Part shown: piece after piece, positions 13,330 through 24,350 of the stretch
How the letters are laid out: each line of letters opens with the position of its first letter
Position numbering within the stretch: position 1 is the stretch's first letter
From: Neocallimastix sp. 'constans'
Lineage: Eukaryota
Assembly: GCA_050613775.1 (NCBI GenBank)
Contig: JBODTK010000014.1
Coordinates: 1,426,001 to 1,490,000, forward strand
DNA: 64,000 bases
Direction of reading: 5' to 3'
Made by a program: the position numbers and the translations under genes
Notes under the pieces: model-generated
Told to the model about the DNA's origin: nothing
Database searches by the model: none
Seen by the model: the letters and a program-made list of their open reading frames with translations, nothing else

Positions 13330-16300
13330 GAGATCAATTATATTCATTTTTGAAGAAAAATCTTCCATTTTATCATTTTTAAAGGAAGAAGGGACCTGTT
13401 CCATTTTGTTTTTCAGGGTGGTTTTAATGGATTCAAGATTATGGTAGAGTAATGTTTTTTTCTTCTTTTTGTTTTTTAGACTTTTAATTTTGGCCATGAC
13501 AATATCCAATGCTGTTTTGTCGGACTTATCTTTAAGGGTCATCTTTGAACCTTTCTTAATTAATAATTTTACCACACGAATATGTCCATTTTCTGCTGCA
13601 GTCATCAATGCGGTTCTATTGTCATTATTTATGGAATTAATATTGGCTTTTTTATTTAATAATTCTTCAACAATGTCAAAATAACCCTTTTTCGCCGCTT
13701 TGATCAGCGCATTATCTCCGTAAACATCTTTGAGAGAAAGATCTTCTTCATAAGAAAGTAACCATCTCACAAGATCTAGATTTCCATTGTCAGAAGCAAT
13801 CATTAGAGCAGTATCGCCTGATTCGTTTCTTGCATTAATATCAAAAAGAAGATTTCCATTTTCATCCAGTAATGAATCTATTTCGTTTATGTTTCCTTGA
13901 GAAACGGCTTCCAAGAATTTTTTATTAACTTTTTTTATTATTGATTTTTCCTTGATTTTTTTATTTTTTTTAAATGATTGGATATCTTTTTGTTTTGGTT
14001 TTGATTCCATTTTAGCTCGAATTAATTCCACTATTCTACTGTATTTTCTATATTCAGCACAATCCAAAGCGGTTTCCCCATCATCATTTTTTTGGAAAAC
14101 ATCAATATTCGGATGATTTAGCAATAGTTTCACTATTCTTACGTGACCATTATCTACAGCATACATTAATGGGGTTAAACCGAATAAGTCTTTGGTATTA
14201 ACATCCGCCCCTTTTTCTAGTAACAATTTAACAATTTTAAAGTATCCATTATCAATAGCATTTATCAAATAAGTTGGTATAAAAAAATGATTTTGGTTAA
14301 CGTCAAGTAAATAACTTTGATTAATGGTAATGCTTATTGCTTCTTGTTGAAGTATCATCTTTACGATCTCTTCATGACCTCGATGTATTGCCAAACTCAG
14401 ACAAGAATGTAAATCATATTCATTCAATTCTATATCTGATCGATTCAACCATAATTCAACGATTTCCTTATAACCACAAAATGACGCAATCATCAATGCT
14501 GTGAATCCTCTATTATAACCAATATTGGCTTTAATATTGGGATGATTCAACAATAGCTCAACGATTTCTTTATGGTTTAGTTTCACTGCATGCATTAATG
14601 CTGTAGCTCCGTTAATATCTTGACAATTTATGTTGATATTGGATTGTTTCAGTAAAATATCGACGATTTCTGTATGTCCGTGTATCGCAGCAATTATTAA
14701 TGCGGTTTTTCCGTCATTATCTTGATTATTTATGTTGATGCCGGGTTGTTTCAGTAAAATATCGACAATTTTTGTATGTCCTTGTGAGACAGCACTCATT
14801 AATGCAGTGCTGTTGTAATAATAAGTCATGGCATTAATATCCGTATTTGGATATTTTAATAACAATTCAACGACTTTCGTAGACCCACTTTCTGCTGCAA
14901 GTAACAAAGCTGTGGCTCCATTATTTGATTTTTTATTAACTTCAATTTTAGGATGCTTTAGTAATAATTCAACCACTTTCCAATGACCTGACGATGATGC
15001 ATGCATCAAAGCGGTTTCTCCTTCATTACTTTGCATATTAACATTAATATTTTTTTGTTTCAATAACATTTCAACGATATTTCTGAGTCCATTCATTGAT
15101 GCGTCCATTAATGCTGTGTACTTTGAATTATCTTGAATATTAATATTGATTTTAGGATGTCTTAACAACATCTCTACAATTTCTTCATTGCCTTTACCAA
15201 CTGCATTCATCAATGCGTTAATGCCCATTTCCCCTTTAAGGTTAACATTAATTTTAGGATGTTTTAATAATACCTCAACTATTTCTTTATATTCTATCAT
15301 TGTAGCATTTATCAATGGAGTGAGACCAATTACATTTTTAATATTAACATTGATTTTTGGATGCTTTAATAACAATTCCACTGCTGATTTATGTCTATTC
15401 ATTATTGCAAAGACTAATGCGGTGTGCCCATCATTATCTTGAACATTAACATCAATATCTTTCTGACTCAACAACCATGTCATCTTTCCTATATCTCCAT
15501 TCGATGCCGCAATCATTAATGCGGTACTTCCATTATCACCTTGAAAATTAATGCCGCGATTAGATTGATTTAATAATAATTGAACAATGTCTTCATATCC
15601 AAAATGTGTGGCAAAAGTTAATGCGGTTGCTCCATTTTGATTTTGGATATTAACATCTGCATTATGTTTCACCAATAACTTCACTATTTCTTTACGTCCA
15701 TTTATTATGGCATACATCAGGGGTGTTTTTCCTTCCGAATCTTGAATATTGATGTCAATAGTTGGCTTTTTCAATAACAACTCCATGACTTTGATATGTC
15801 CGTTTCTTGCGGAAAGGGACAAGGCCGACACTCCGTTATCACTTTTTGTATTAATGTTAATATATGGTTGTTTTAACAATAACTCCACAATTTCAATAAA
15901 TCTCCCTCCGCTGCCCACATTAAGGCCGTAACCCCGTCATTATTTTTTATATTAACGTCAATATATGGTTGTTTTAAAAATAATTCAACAACTTTAGTAT
16001 ATCCTTTTTCTACTGCATACATCAATGGAGGAACTCCTAGGAAATCTCTGAGGTTAACGTCAATATACGGGTGTTTTAATAGCAACTCTACTAATTTCAT
16101 ATGTCCTTTTTTTGCTGCACATATCAAAGCAGTAGTATCATAGTAGAGGGTTTGGTCAGGGTTACTTACTATTGCGTTAACCTCTACCGGTGTATTTTCC
16201 AGTAATTGTTTTGCTCTTTCAAAATTTCCCATAAGAATTGTCCGTATAAATTCTATATTGGCATTTTGAATATTAATATGAAGATTCTTAAGTTTTTTGC

Positions 16301-16658
16301 GGGCTTTATTTGAACATTTTGTTGATGCTAAATCAATATTGGCACCACTTGTCATCAATAATAATATTTTTTTCTCATCACCGGTATCTACGGCAATAGA
16401 CAATGCAGTATTTCCGTTATGATCTTTTGCATCAATGTTGATGAGCCTGTTTCCCTTATGATCTTTAGCATTCAAAATCTGTTGAATAATTTTGATATCA
16501 GCATATTTGATAGCACACATCAAAATCGTCCATCCTTCTTGATTTTTTGGTGAGTTGAAACTTTTTCCATTCTGTTTCATATCAATAATTTCGGTAATCC
16601 ACTCCCTTACCGTCCACGTTTTATAATCATTTGACAGTGATGTATTTTCAGATGACAT
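13075..16658 (-). CDS. Ankyrin-repeat protein (~27-29 repeats) fused to a C-terminal YoeB/Txe-family RNase toxin domain; 1-nt frameshift at ~15901-15908 (about 1194 aa if repaired)
   Basis: ORFs 15873-16745 and 13075-15918 join within one ankyrin repeat (GVTALMWAAEG / FIEIVELLLKQP). First ATG at 16658 (MSSENTS). Last 84 aa include KKIHQLIEEIKKDPFRGIGRVERL...WYSRRINKKDRLVYEV...SCEGHY, matching the YoeB pattern. Confidence 0.88.
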
Positions 16659-17009
16659 TAAATTAAATAATAGATTATGTAATATTTTTGGAGGTTTTTT
16701 ATCTACTTCTTTTTTTTTTTTTTTTTTTAATATACTTAAGTACAAAAAGTCTTCTCATATAAAAACATGTATTTATATTTATTTGTATAAAATATATATA
16801 ATATATAAAGTATATAAAATATAGTTTTTAAAGTTTTTAATAATATATTAATATATGAAAATTATTTTATATATATATCTTAATTTCTCTCATTCTCCCC
16901 ACAGAAAAAAAAAAAAAAAAAACAATTTATTCTTTAAAAATAATTTAGTTTATAGGTATTTTGGGAGGTCATTTCTCAAAATGTGGCTTAAAAATTTTTT
17001 AAAAAATAT

Positions 17010-17395
17010 TTATTTATTATTTATTATTTATTATTTATTATTTATTATTTATTAATAAATACTCTCTTTTTATTATTTATTATTTATTATTTATTATTTA
17101 TTAATAAATACTCTCTTTTTATTATTTATTATTTATTATTTATTATTTATTATTTATTATTTATTATTTATTATTTATTATTTATTATTTATCATTCATT
17201 ATTTATTATTTATTACTTATTATTTATTATTTATTATTTATTATTTATTATTTATTATTTATTATTTATTATTTATTATTTATTATTTATTATTTATTAT
17301 TTATTATTTATTATTTGTTATTTATTATTTATTATTTATTATTTATTATTCATTATTAATTATTTATTATTAATTATTTATTATTTATTTTATTA
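17010..17395. repeat. (TTATTTA)n heptamer satellite
   Basis: Directly visible. Contains two aataaatactctcttttt interruptions resembling the reversed interruptions of the 57.8-58.5 kb satellite. Confidence 0.9.
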
Positions 17396-18159
17396 AAAAA
17401 AATATATATATAATGTGGCAATTTATCAAAAATTTTTAAGCAACATTGTGAAATGCACATATGGTGGAGTGTACACATTCATGAATTTTATTTTATTTTT
17501 ATTAAGGTTAGAAGTTAATAATTATTTACAAGACTATTTTTTATTAATAATTATATTTATATTTCAGTTAAATTATTACTATATTTTATATTTTAATATT
17601 AACCAATTTTTTATTTTTTTAAAAAAAAAGAAAAAAAAAAACTTTAGTTTTATGGATAAAAACTGTCAAACTTTATTATTTTATAATATTTACAAGGTTT
17701 ATATTAATGGATTGGATACTTGTTAAGTCGTACAACATATAATTATATTAACTATGATAATATTCTGATTTTAAATAATTTAAATTATTATTTGACCACT
17801 CTTTAGCTATGTATCATTTATTTTTTTAGCTTGACTATAATTTGGTTTTTCTGTTAAAAATTTTATATATTTTATAACATATTTTATTCTTTAATTATAT
17901 TAAAATTTTATTATAATAAACTTGTTAAAAGACTCTATGTTTCATTAGTTTATATGTATAGTTTAATACTTTATATTGTCTTAGGGGGTGTTCCTTATTT
18001 TATCTTTAAACAATTTATATTTAATTTTTTCAAGTTTTTAAATTTACATTAATCATTTTTTACTGTTAGTCAATAATGAGAAAACTTTATCTTAAATATT
18101 GTCAAATTATTAAATTATTGTTATAGTTTAATATTAAAATTTAATATATTGGATTGATT

Positions 18160-18470
18160 TCTCTTTTTATGTACAGAAATTATCAATGCATTATTCCATG
18201 ATTTAGTAAAAAATCACCATTCCAAATACTATTGATTAAGGCTTTGAAACATTTAAAACCAAATGTAATATTACTATTATTTTCTCTATATTCTTCTGAA
18301 TCATCTTTACCAGGAATCAAAGCTTTGAAGAATTCCATTGAAATCCCATCAGGACCACAAGCTTTATGGTTAGGGGTAGATCAGATCCGCATCGCTAATT
18401 TCTTCATCGCTAATATCTTGGTTAATTTCCCATTCTTGTTGCCTTGGATTTCTCAAATTTTATTTAACAA
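18160..18470 (-). mobile_element. LINE reverse transcriptase N-terminal fragment (degenerate)
   Basis: Minus strand reads STPNHKACGPDGISMEFFKAL...LINSIWNGDF, then after a frameshift KSWNNALIISVHKK: the KAPGPDG..EFFK / W..A.I..I.KK motifs of non-LTR RTs. Confidence 0.8.
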
Positions 18471-19208
18471 ATAAAATATTAATGTCAATTATCTAATTCA
18501 ATATTTTAATTTCTAGTTTTAATAGTATATTTTAATTTTTTAACTTCTATTTTCGATAGTATATTTCTTATTATAAAATTCAAACATAAAATTAAGAAGG
18601 GTTTCATCCTTCATTGTGTATAAATGTATCCAAAATATAATTATAATTTTATTACGATAAAATTGACTTTTAATTTTTTTTTTTTTAATTCTATTTTAAT
18701 TTTTATTTATAAAAAGTATTAAAAATTTTCGATTAAATATTAAAAAAAACTAATAAATCATTAAATAAGTAAATTGCTGTAATTTTATTAATAAAATTTA
18801 TATTATTTTAAAAAAGAACTCATTTGAATAATAAAACTAAATTATTATGGTAATTAATTAAAGAAATTAAATAATTTTTTTAATATATTACTATATATTA
18901 TTTTTATTAATATAAATATTTATTTAAAATATAACTTATATATTTTAAAAAAAAAAAAATTCTTAAATAAAATTTTAAATTAAATAATACTTTTTCTATT
19001 TTTATATTTTACATTTATATATTTTTAATAATTATTCTAAATTATAAAATTAAAATTATAAATAAATAAAATTTACATTTTTAGTTTTAAAAAGTAAATA
19101 TAAAATTATAATGATATTCTTTTTGAAAAATAAGAATTAATAATATGTTACAATTTTATTCTTAAAAAATAATAAGTAATACTTCAAATTACTTAATTTT
19201 CAATTAAT

Positions 19209-20855
19209 TTAATTTTGACATTGGTGGAAATATTCATTAACTTGCTTACAAGTACCTTCGGAACAACAAGTTGGACCATTGAAACCTTGTCCGCCACATT
19301 GGCCCCAAATGGAAGCACAGTTACCATCAACTGGAGGGGCTTGTTGTTGTTCATTACCTTGTGGTGGTTGAGGACCTTGTTGTTGTTCACTACCTTGTGG
19401 TGGTTGAGGAGCTTGTTGTTGGTCATTACCTTGTGGTGGTTGTGGAGCTTGTTGTTGTTGTTCATTACTTTGTGGTGGTTGTGGAGCTTGTTGTTGATCA
19501 TTACCTTGTGGTGGTTGTGGAGCTTGTTGTTGATCATTACCTTGTGGTGGTGGTGGAGCTTGTTGTTGATCATTACCTTGTGGTGGTTGTGGAGCTTGTT
19601 GTTGATCATTACCTTGTGGTGGTTGTGGAGCTTGTTGTTGTTGTTCATTACTTTGTGGTGGTTGTGGAGCTTGTTGTTGTTCATTACCTTGTGGTGGTTG
19701 TGGAGCTTGTTGTTGATCATTACCTTGTGGTGGTGGTGGAGCTTGTTGTTGATCATTACCTTGTGGTGGTTGTGGAGCTTGTTGTTGTTCATTACCTTGT
19801 GGTGGTTGTGGAGCTTGTTGTTGTTCATTACCTTGTGGCGGTTGTGGAGCTTGTTGTTGATCATTACCTTGTGGTGGTTGTGGAGCTTGTTGTTGATCAT
19901 TACCTTGTGGTGGTTGTGGAGCTTGTTGTTGTTCATTACCTTGTGGTGGTTGTGGAGCTTGTTGTTGGTCATTACCTTGTGGTGGTTGTGGTGGAGCTTG
20001 TTGTTGGTCATTACCTTGTAGTGGTTGTGGAACTTGTTGTTGATTATTACCTTCTGGTGATGGTGGAACTTGTTGTTGGTCATCACCTTGAGCTGGTGCT
20101 GTGGCTTCACCTCCTCCATTACCATCTCCAATATAAACTTTAGCATATGGGAAATCTGCTGTACCACTGACACCTCCACTACCGTTACCAGCTTCACCTA
20201 AAACTTTGGCTTCATGTAATTTACCCATTTTCATACCAAGCTTTTCCCATTGATCAAAGTGTGCTGAAATATCAATAGTACCACAGTCACGAGCTTGTTG
20301 ACGAATACTGAAGTATTGTTTGAAAGTAGTATCTCCATCAATAGATGGTCCAGTACGAGTGTTTTCATAGACAGTATATTGAGCTCCATCAATAGTGAAA
20401 GCTCCATGTTTCTGATTACCAACCCAATCACCTGGTGGAGATGGACTAAGCCAGTTATCAACAATGTAGTACTCAACAAGTGGATCTCTGGTCCAACCAT
20501 AAACACCAACATAAGAATATCCAACATTTGAAATATTTTGTTTAACAAGTTTGAAATCTGCCTTCATACGACCAATTTGATCTGGAGTCTTAGTACTATC
20601 AAATGAAAGACCACTACGACATAAATAATCACCAGCACTTTGGAAAGTACAAGAGAAAGAACCATCAGAATAGAAAGTAGCACTATTATTACCACTATCA
20701 GCCCATAATTCATAACCAACACCTCCAATACTACCAACCTTGTTACTAGTTTCCTTAACACTTTCACCAGAGTGAGTTGCAGAACTACAGAAACTTTGAG
20801 CAAGAGTAGTAGAAGCTAAAGATAAAGCAACTGGAATTAATTGAGTGAATTTCAT
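19209..20855 (-). CDS. GH11 endo-1,4-beta-xylanase: signal peptide, GH11, Q/P-rich linker, C-terminal CBM1
   Basis: SYVGVYGWTRDPLVEYYIVDNW and KVLGEAG catalytic Glu motifs; closely resembles Neocallimastix GH11 xylanases; CASIWGQCGGQGFNGPTCCSEGTCKQVNEYFHQC is a CBM1; intronless. Confidence 0.96.
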   Translation of the reverse strand: MKFTQLIPVALSLASTTLAQSFCSSATHSGESVKETSNKVGSIGGVGYELWADSGNNSATFYSDGSFSCTFQSAGDYLCRSGLSFDSTKTPDQIGRMKADFKLVKQNISNVGYSYVGVYGWTRDPLVEYYIVDNWLSPSPPGDWVGNQKHGAFTIDGAQYTVYENTRTGPSIDGDTTFKQYFSIRQQARDCGTIDISAHFDQWEKLGMKMGKLHEAKVLGEAGNGSGGVSGTADFPYAKVYIGDGNGGGEATAPAQGDDQQQVPPSPEGNNQQQVPQPLQGNDQQQAPPQPPQGNDQQQAPQPPQGNEQQQAPQPPQGNDQQQAPQPPQGNDQQQAPQPPQGNEQQQAPQPPQGNEQQQAPQPPQGNDQQQAPPPPQGNDQQQAPQPPQGNEQQQAPQPPQSNEQQQQAPQPPQGNDQQQAPQPPQGNDQQQAPPPPQGNDQQQAPQPPQGNDQQQAPQPPQSNEQQQQAPQPPQGNDQQQAPQPPQGSEQQQGPQPPQGNEQQQAPPVDGNCASIWGQCGGQGFNGPTCCSEGTCKQVNEYFHQCQN

Positions 20856-22180
20856 TTTTAAATAATTTATTTAAAATAATTAAATATAAATAAAAAATGT
20901 ATTTATTTTCAGATTTGAATTAAATATATTGTTTCTTTTTTCAACCAGTGAAATTAAATAATATATTTATAAAAATTTTCCTTTATTATAATATTTATAT
21001 ATTTACAACTTTTATTTTATTTTTACTATTATACAAATAAGTTATTAAATGATAGATATAAGAGAGAAAATTAATAAGTATTTATACTCAAATTTTTCAA
21101 AAATAAAATTTAAAAAAAATATAATATTAAATTATATAATAATTAATTAAAAATTGATTTAATATAAATAAAATTTTTTAATTAGTATGTAAGCTTAATT
21201 AAAATAATATTAATAATGTATATTAACTAATCGTAAAAGAGTACTTAAATTATAGGTATTTATTAATTAAAAATATAATAATAAAAAAAGTTTAAAAACT
21301 TTTACTAATATAATAAATAAATATATATTTATATATATTTTTTTTTTGTTATTAAATATTTAAATAACATCTAAAAATTGGATATGCGGTTCAAAAAATG
21401 ATAAAAATATAAATAAATTAATATTAATAGAAAAAAAAAAAAAAAAAAAAAACAATTGGTTAAAATTTAATTTAATATAAAATTTTATGATTAAAATTAT
21501 TCAAATGAAATTTAATATGTTCTATGGTATGAAAATTTATTATAATAATTTTACTCTGGGTGATATTTTTATATTAAAATAATTTTATTAATATTTTTTT
21601 AATTTTAATAATAAAGATTAAAATAAAAAATTAATAAAAGTAAAATAAATGGAAAAACCTATAATAATAGATTTAAAAAATAATTATAATAAAAGAAGCT
21701 TTTCTATTTAATTAATTACTAATTATTTTAAAATGTATTTTTATTATTATGATATATATAAAATATTTAAAATATTTAGTATAAAATGTATTAAAAATAT
21801 ATAAAAAATAACAATTTTAAAAAAATAAATATAAATTTATGTTATAGCCTAAAGTTATTATAGTCATTGGTCTATGTAAATGTAAATTTTATATTAAAAA
21901 CTTATAAAAAAGTAATAAAGAATAGTATTATTTGAAATATAAGACATATAAGAATATGAATGTGGTAAATATTACTAATGAATGATAGAAAAAGGCATAT
22001 GATAATTTAGATCAATTTAATCATAAATTTTTACGAAATACAATAAAAATATAGTAACAAAAATAGTTCAGTAAAAATACGAACTATTAATTATATTAAC
22101 TATATATTTTATATGAGAACTTAATATAATGATATAATCCAATGATATAATCCAATATAAATCATATAATAAATATTAAT

Positions 22181-22181
<1 letters not shown>

Positions 22182-22220
<39 letters not shown>

Positions 22221-22320
22221 TTATTTCTGGTGTGTACCGCCCTCAATACATGGGAATATTAAGGTAGTCACAACACTTTGTGGATATAGTCCCTACTGGA
22301 CAGCCTTACTGTTTATTCAG
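22182..22320 (-). mobile_element. Short poly(A)-tailed retroposon end (family C)
   Basis: Reverse strand aagtgttgtgactacct..aatattcccat..gagggcggtacacaccagaaataaataaaaa(A)n; related sequence at 56455-56545. Confidence 0.55.
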
Positions 22321-22779
22321 TATTAATGAAAAATAAATTAAAACTTACATTATTATGTCATATAAAAATGAAACTAAAAAAAAAAAAAAAGATAATTTAA
22401 AATATTTAATAAATATTTAAAAAAAAAAAAAAGAATTTTTAAAGAAATTTTTTATATTAGAACATATTTTAATAATATAATCTAATGTAATATATATTTT
22501 TAAATAAAATGTATTAACAAATTTATATTTATCAATTTCTATAACACATAAAAATTGAAACTGTAGTTCAAAGATAAATATTAAATAAAGAAATTGATTA
22601 ATAGACATAAATATTTTTAAAATTATATTAAATATTAGCATTAGTTAATATTTGTGTATATTTGTACTTTTTTCTTCTTTTTTTTTTATTTTACAGCGTT
22701 ATGTATTGCGAACATTAACATTATTAATCACATTAATTTTTTTTTAAAAAAAAAAACATAAAATTAACAAATAAATATT

Positions 22780-23500
22780 ATTTATTCAATTTGAACATAA
22801 TAATGATTTAAATAGTAATGTGAAATAAAAGAAATATTCAAAATAAAGTGTATAAATAAATTTAAAAAAAAATTTTCATATGCAACGAACCTCACCTTCA
22901 GATTATAAGATTTCTGTTTATAGGGAATTCTTATTCAGGATTAGGGTTTAAACTGACTATCTGAAAGAAATTATGGTCTTTTCTTTCAGAGACATTGGCA
23001 AAGTTAGCCTGTCATACTGCATTTTCAACATTGAAGCTCCTAGTTAATTTGCGATAATATACCGTTGGAATAGCAATCCTTGTCAAATATTAGCTCTAGG
23101 CATAATTTCTATAAAGAGAGCGGCAGATCTTACCATGAATGGCGTTTTAGAATAATCGCTTGAAATAATTTGAATACAAAATATCCCATTCCTTTTAATA
23201 ATTTAAATCAATTATATCTACATCTCTTCCAACAAGAGGAAAGTTATATAATTGGTACCTAGTCACATATATATTTACACACTCATTATTCACTATTCCT
23301 ATTGTTATTATTATTAAGATTATACTCTTAGTTACTATTATCAGAATCAGTACTAGATTCTACATTATTCATATCTGTGATAACAGTGTTTACATTACTA
23401 TTTGATATTGAACAATATTTGCTAATTACAAACAATTTTTATTTAAGAATTTCAATATCCTTAAAATATTTATTATTTCCTTTATCCTATGCATGATGTC
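22780..23500 (-). mobile_element. Degenerate non-LTR element 3' region (family B)
   Basis: Reverse complement matches 35930-36460 (tttaaggata.tgaaattc; gagtgtgtaaatatatat..gac..ggtac.aatt.tataact; ggaagaga). Confidence 0.6.
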
Positions 23501-23544
23501 TACAACGTGATATATTTTTAAGTAAAACAGATATAATATATTTC

Positions 23545-23823
23545 GAGTTTTTCTATTTCTTTTTTGTTAATTTCTATTGTCGATAGTATATTACTTATAA
23601 TAAAATTTCAAATATAAAATTAAGAAGAGTTTCATGATTTATTAATCTATCCATATTATAATGATAATTTTATTATGAGAAAAAGAGTTTTTCTATTTCT
23701 TTTTTGTTAATTTCTATTGTCGATAGTATATTACTTATAATAAAATTTCAAATATAAAATTAAGAAGAGTTTCATGATTTATTAATCTATCCATATTATA
23801 ATGATAATTTTATTATGAGAAAA
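23545..23823. repeat. 140-bp tandem duplication
   Basis: gagtttttctatttct...tattatgagaaaa begins at 23545 and again at 23685; no differences seen by eye. Confidence 0.92.
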
Positions 23824-24350
23824 TAGATGTTATTTTTTTTTCCTGTTATATTTAATTTTTATTTATAAAAAGTAATAAAAATTGAGATTTAATAATAAAA
23901 AAATTATTAAATTATAAAATAAGTATATTACTGAAATTTTATTAATAAAATTTATTTACTATTTTAAAAAAGAATTCCATTGAATAATAACCCTATATTA
24001 TTATGGCAATTAATTAAAGATATTAAATATATTTTTTTGATATACAAATATTTTTATTATTTTTTATTAATATATATATTTATTCAATAATATTTTAAGG
24101 AAAACTTTTAAATCACATTTTAAATTAAATAATACTTTTTCTGTTTTTATATTATACATTTACATATTTTTAATAATTATTCTAATTTATAAAATTAAAA
24201 TTTTATAAATAATATTTACATTTTTAGTTTTAAAAAAAATATAAAATTATAATGATATTCTTTTTTGAAAAATAAGAATTAATAATATATTACAATTTTA
24301 TTCTTATAAAATAATAAGTAATACTTCAAATTACTTAATTTTCAATTAAT

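Noticed and set aside
16659..16745. N-terminal extension of the ANK ORF from a TTG start
   Set aside because: Runs through a poly(A) tract; the first ATG at 16658 is the plausible eukaryotic start.
12400..17700. YefM/Axe antitoxin partner next to the YoeB domain
   Set aside because: Flanks are low-complexity AT DNA with no credible ORF; a distant antitoxin cannot be excluded.
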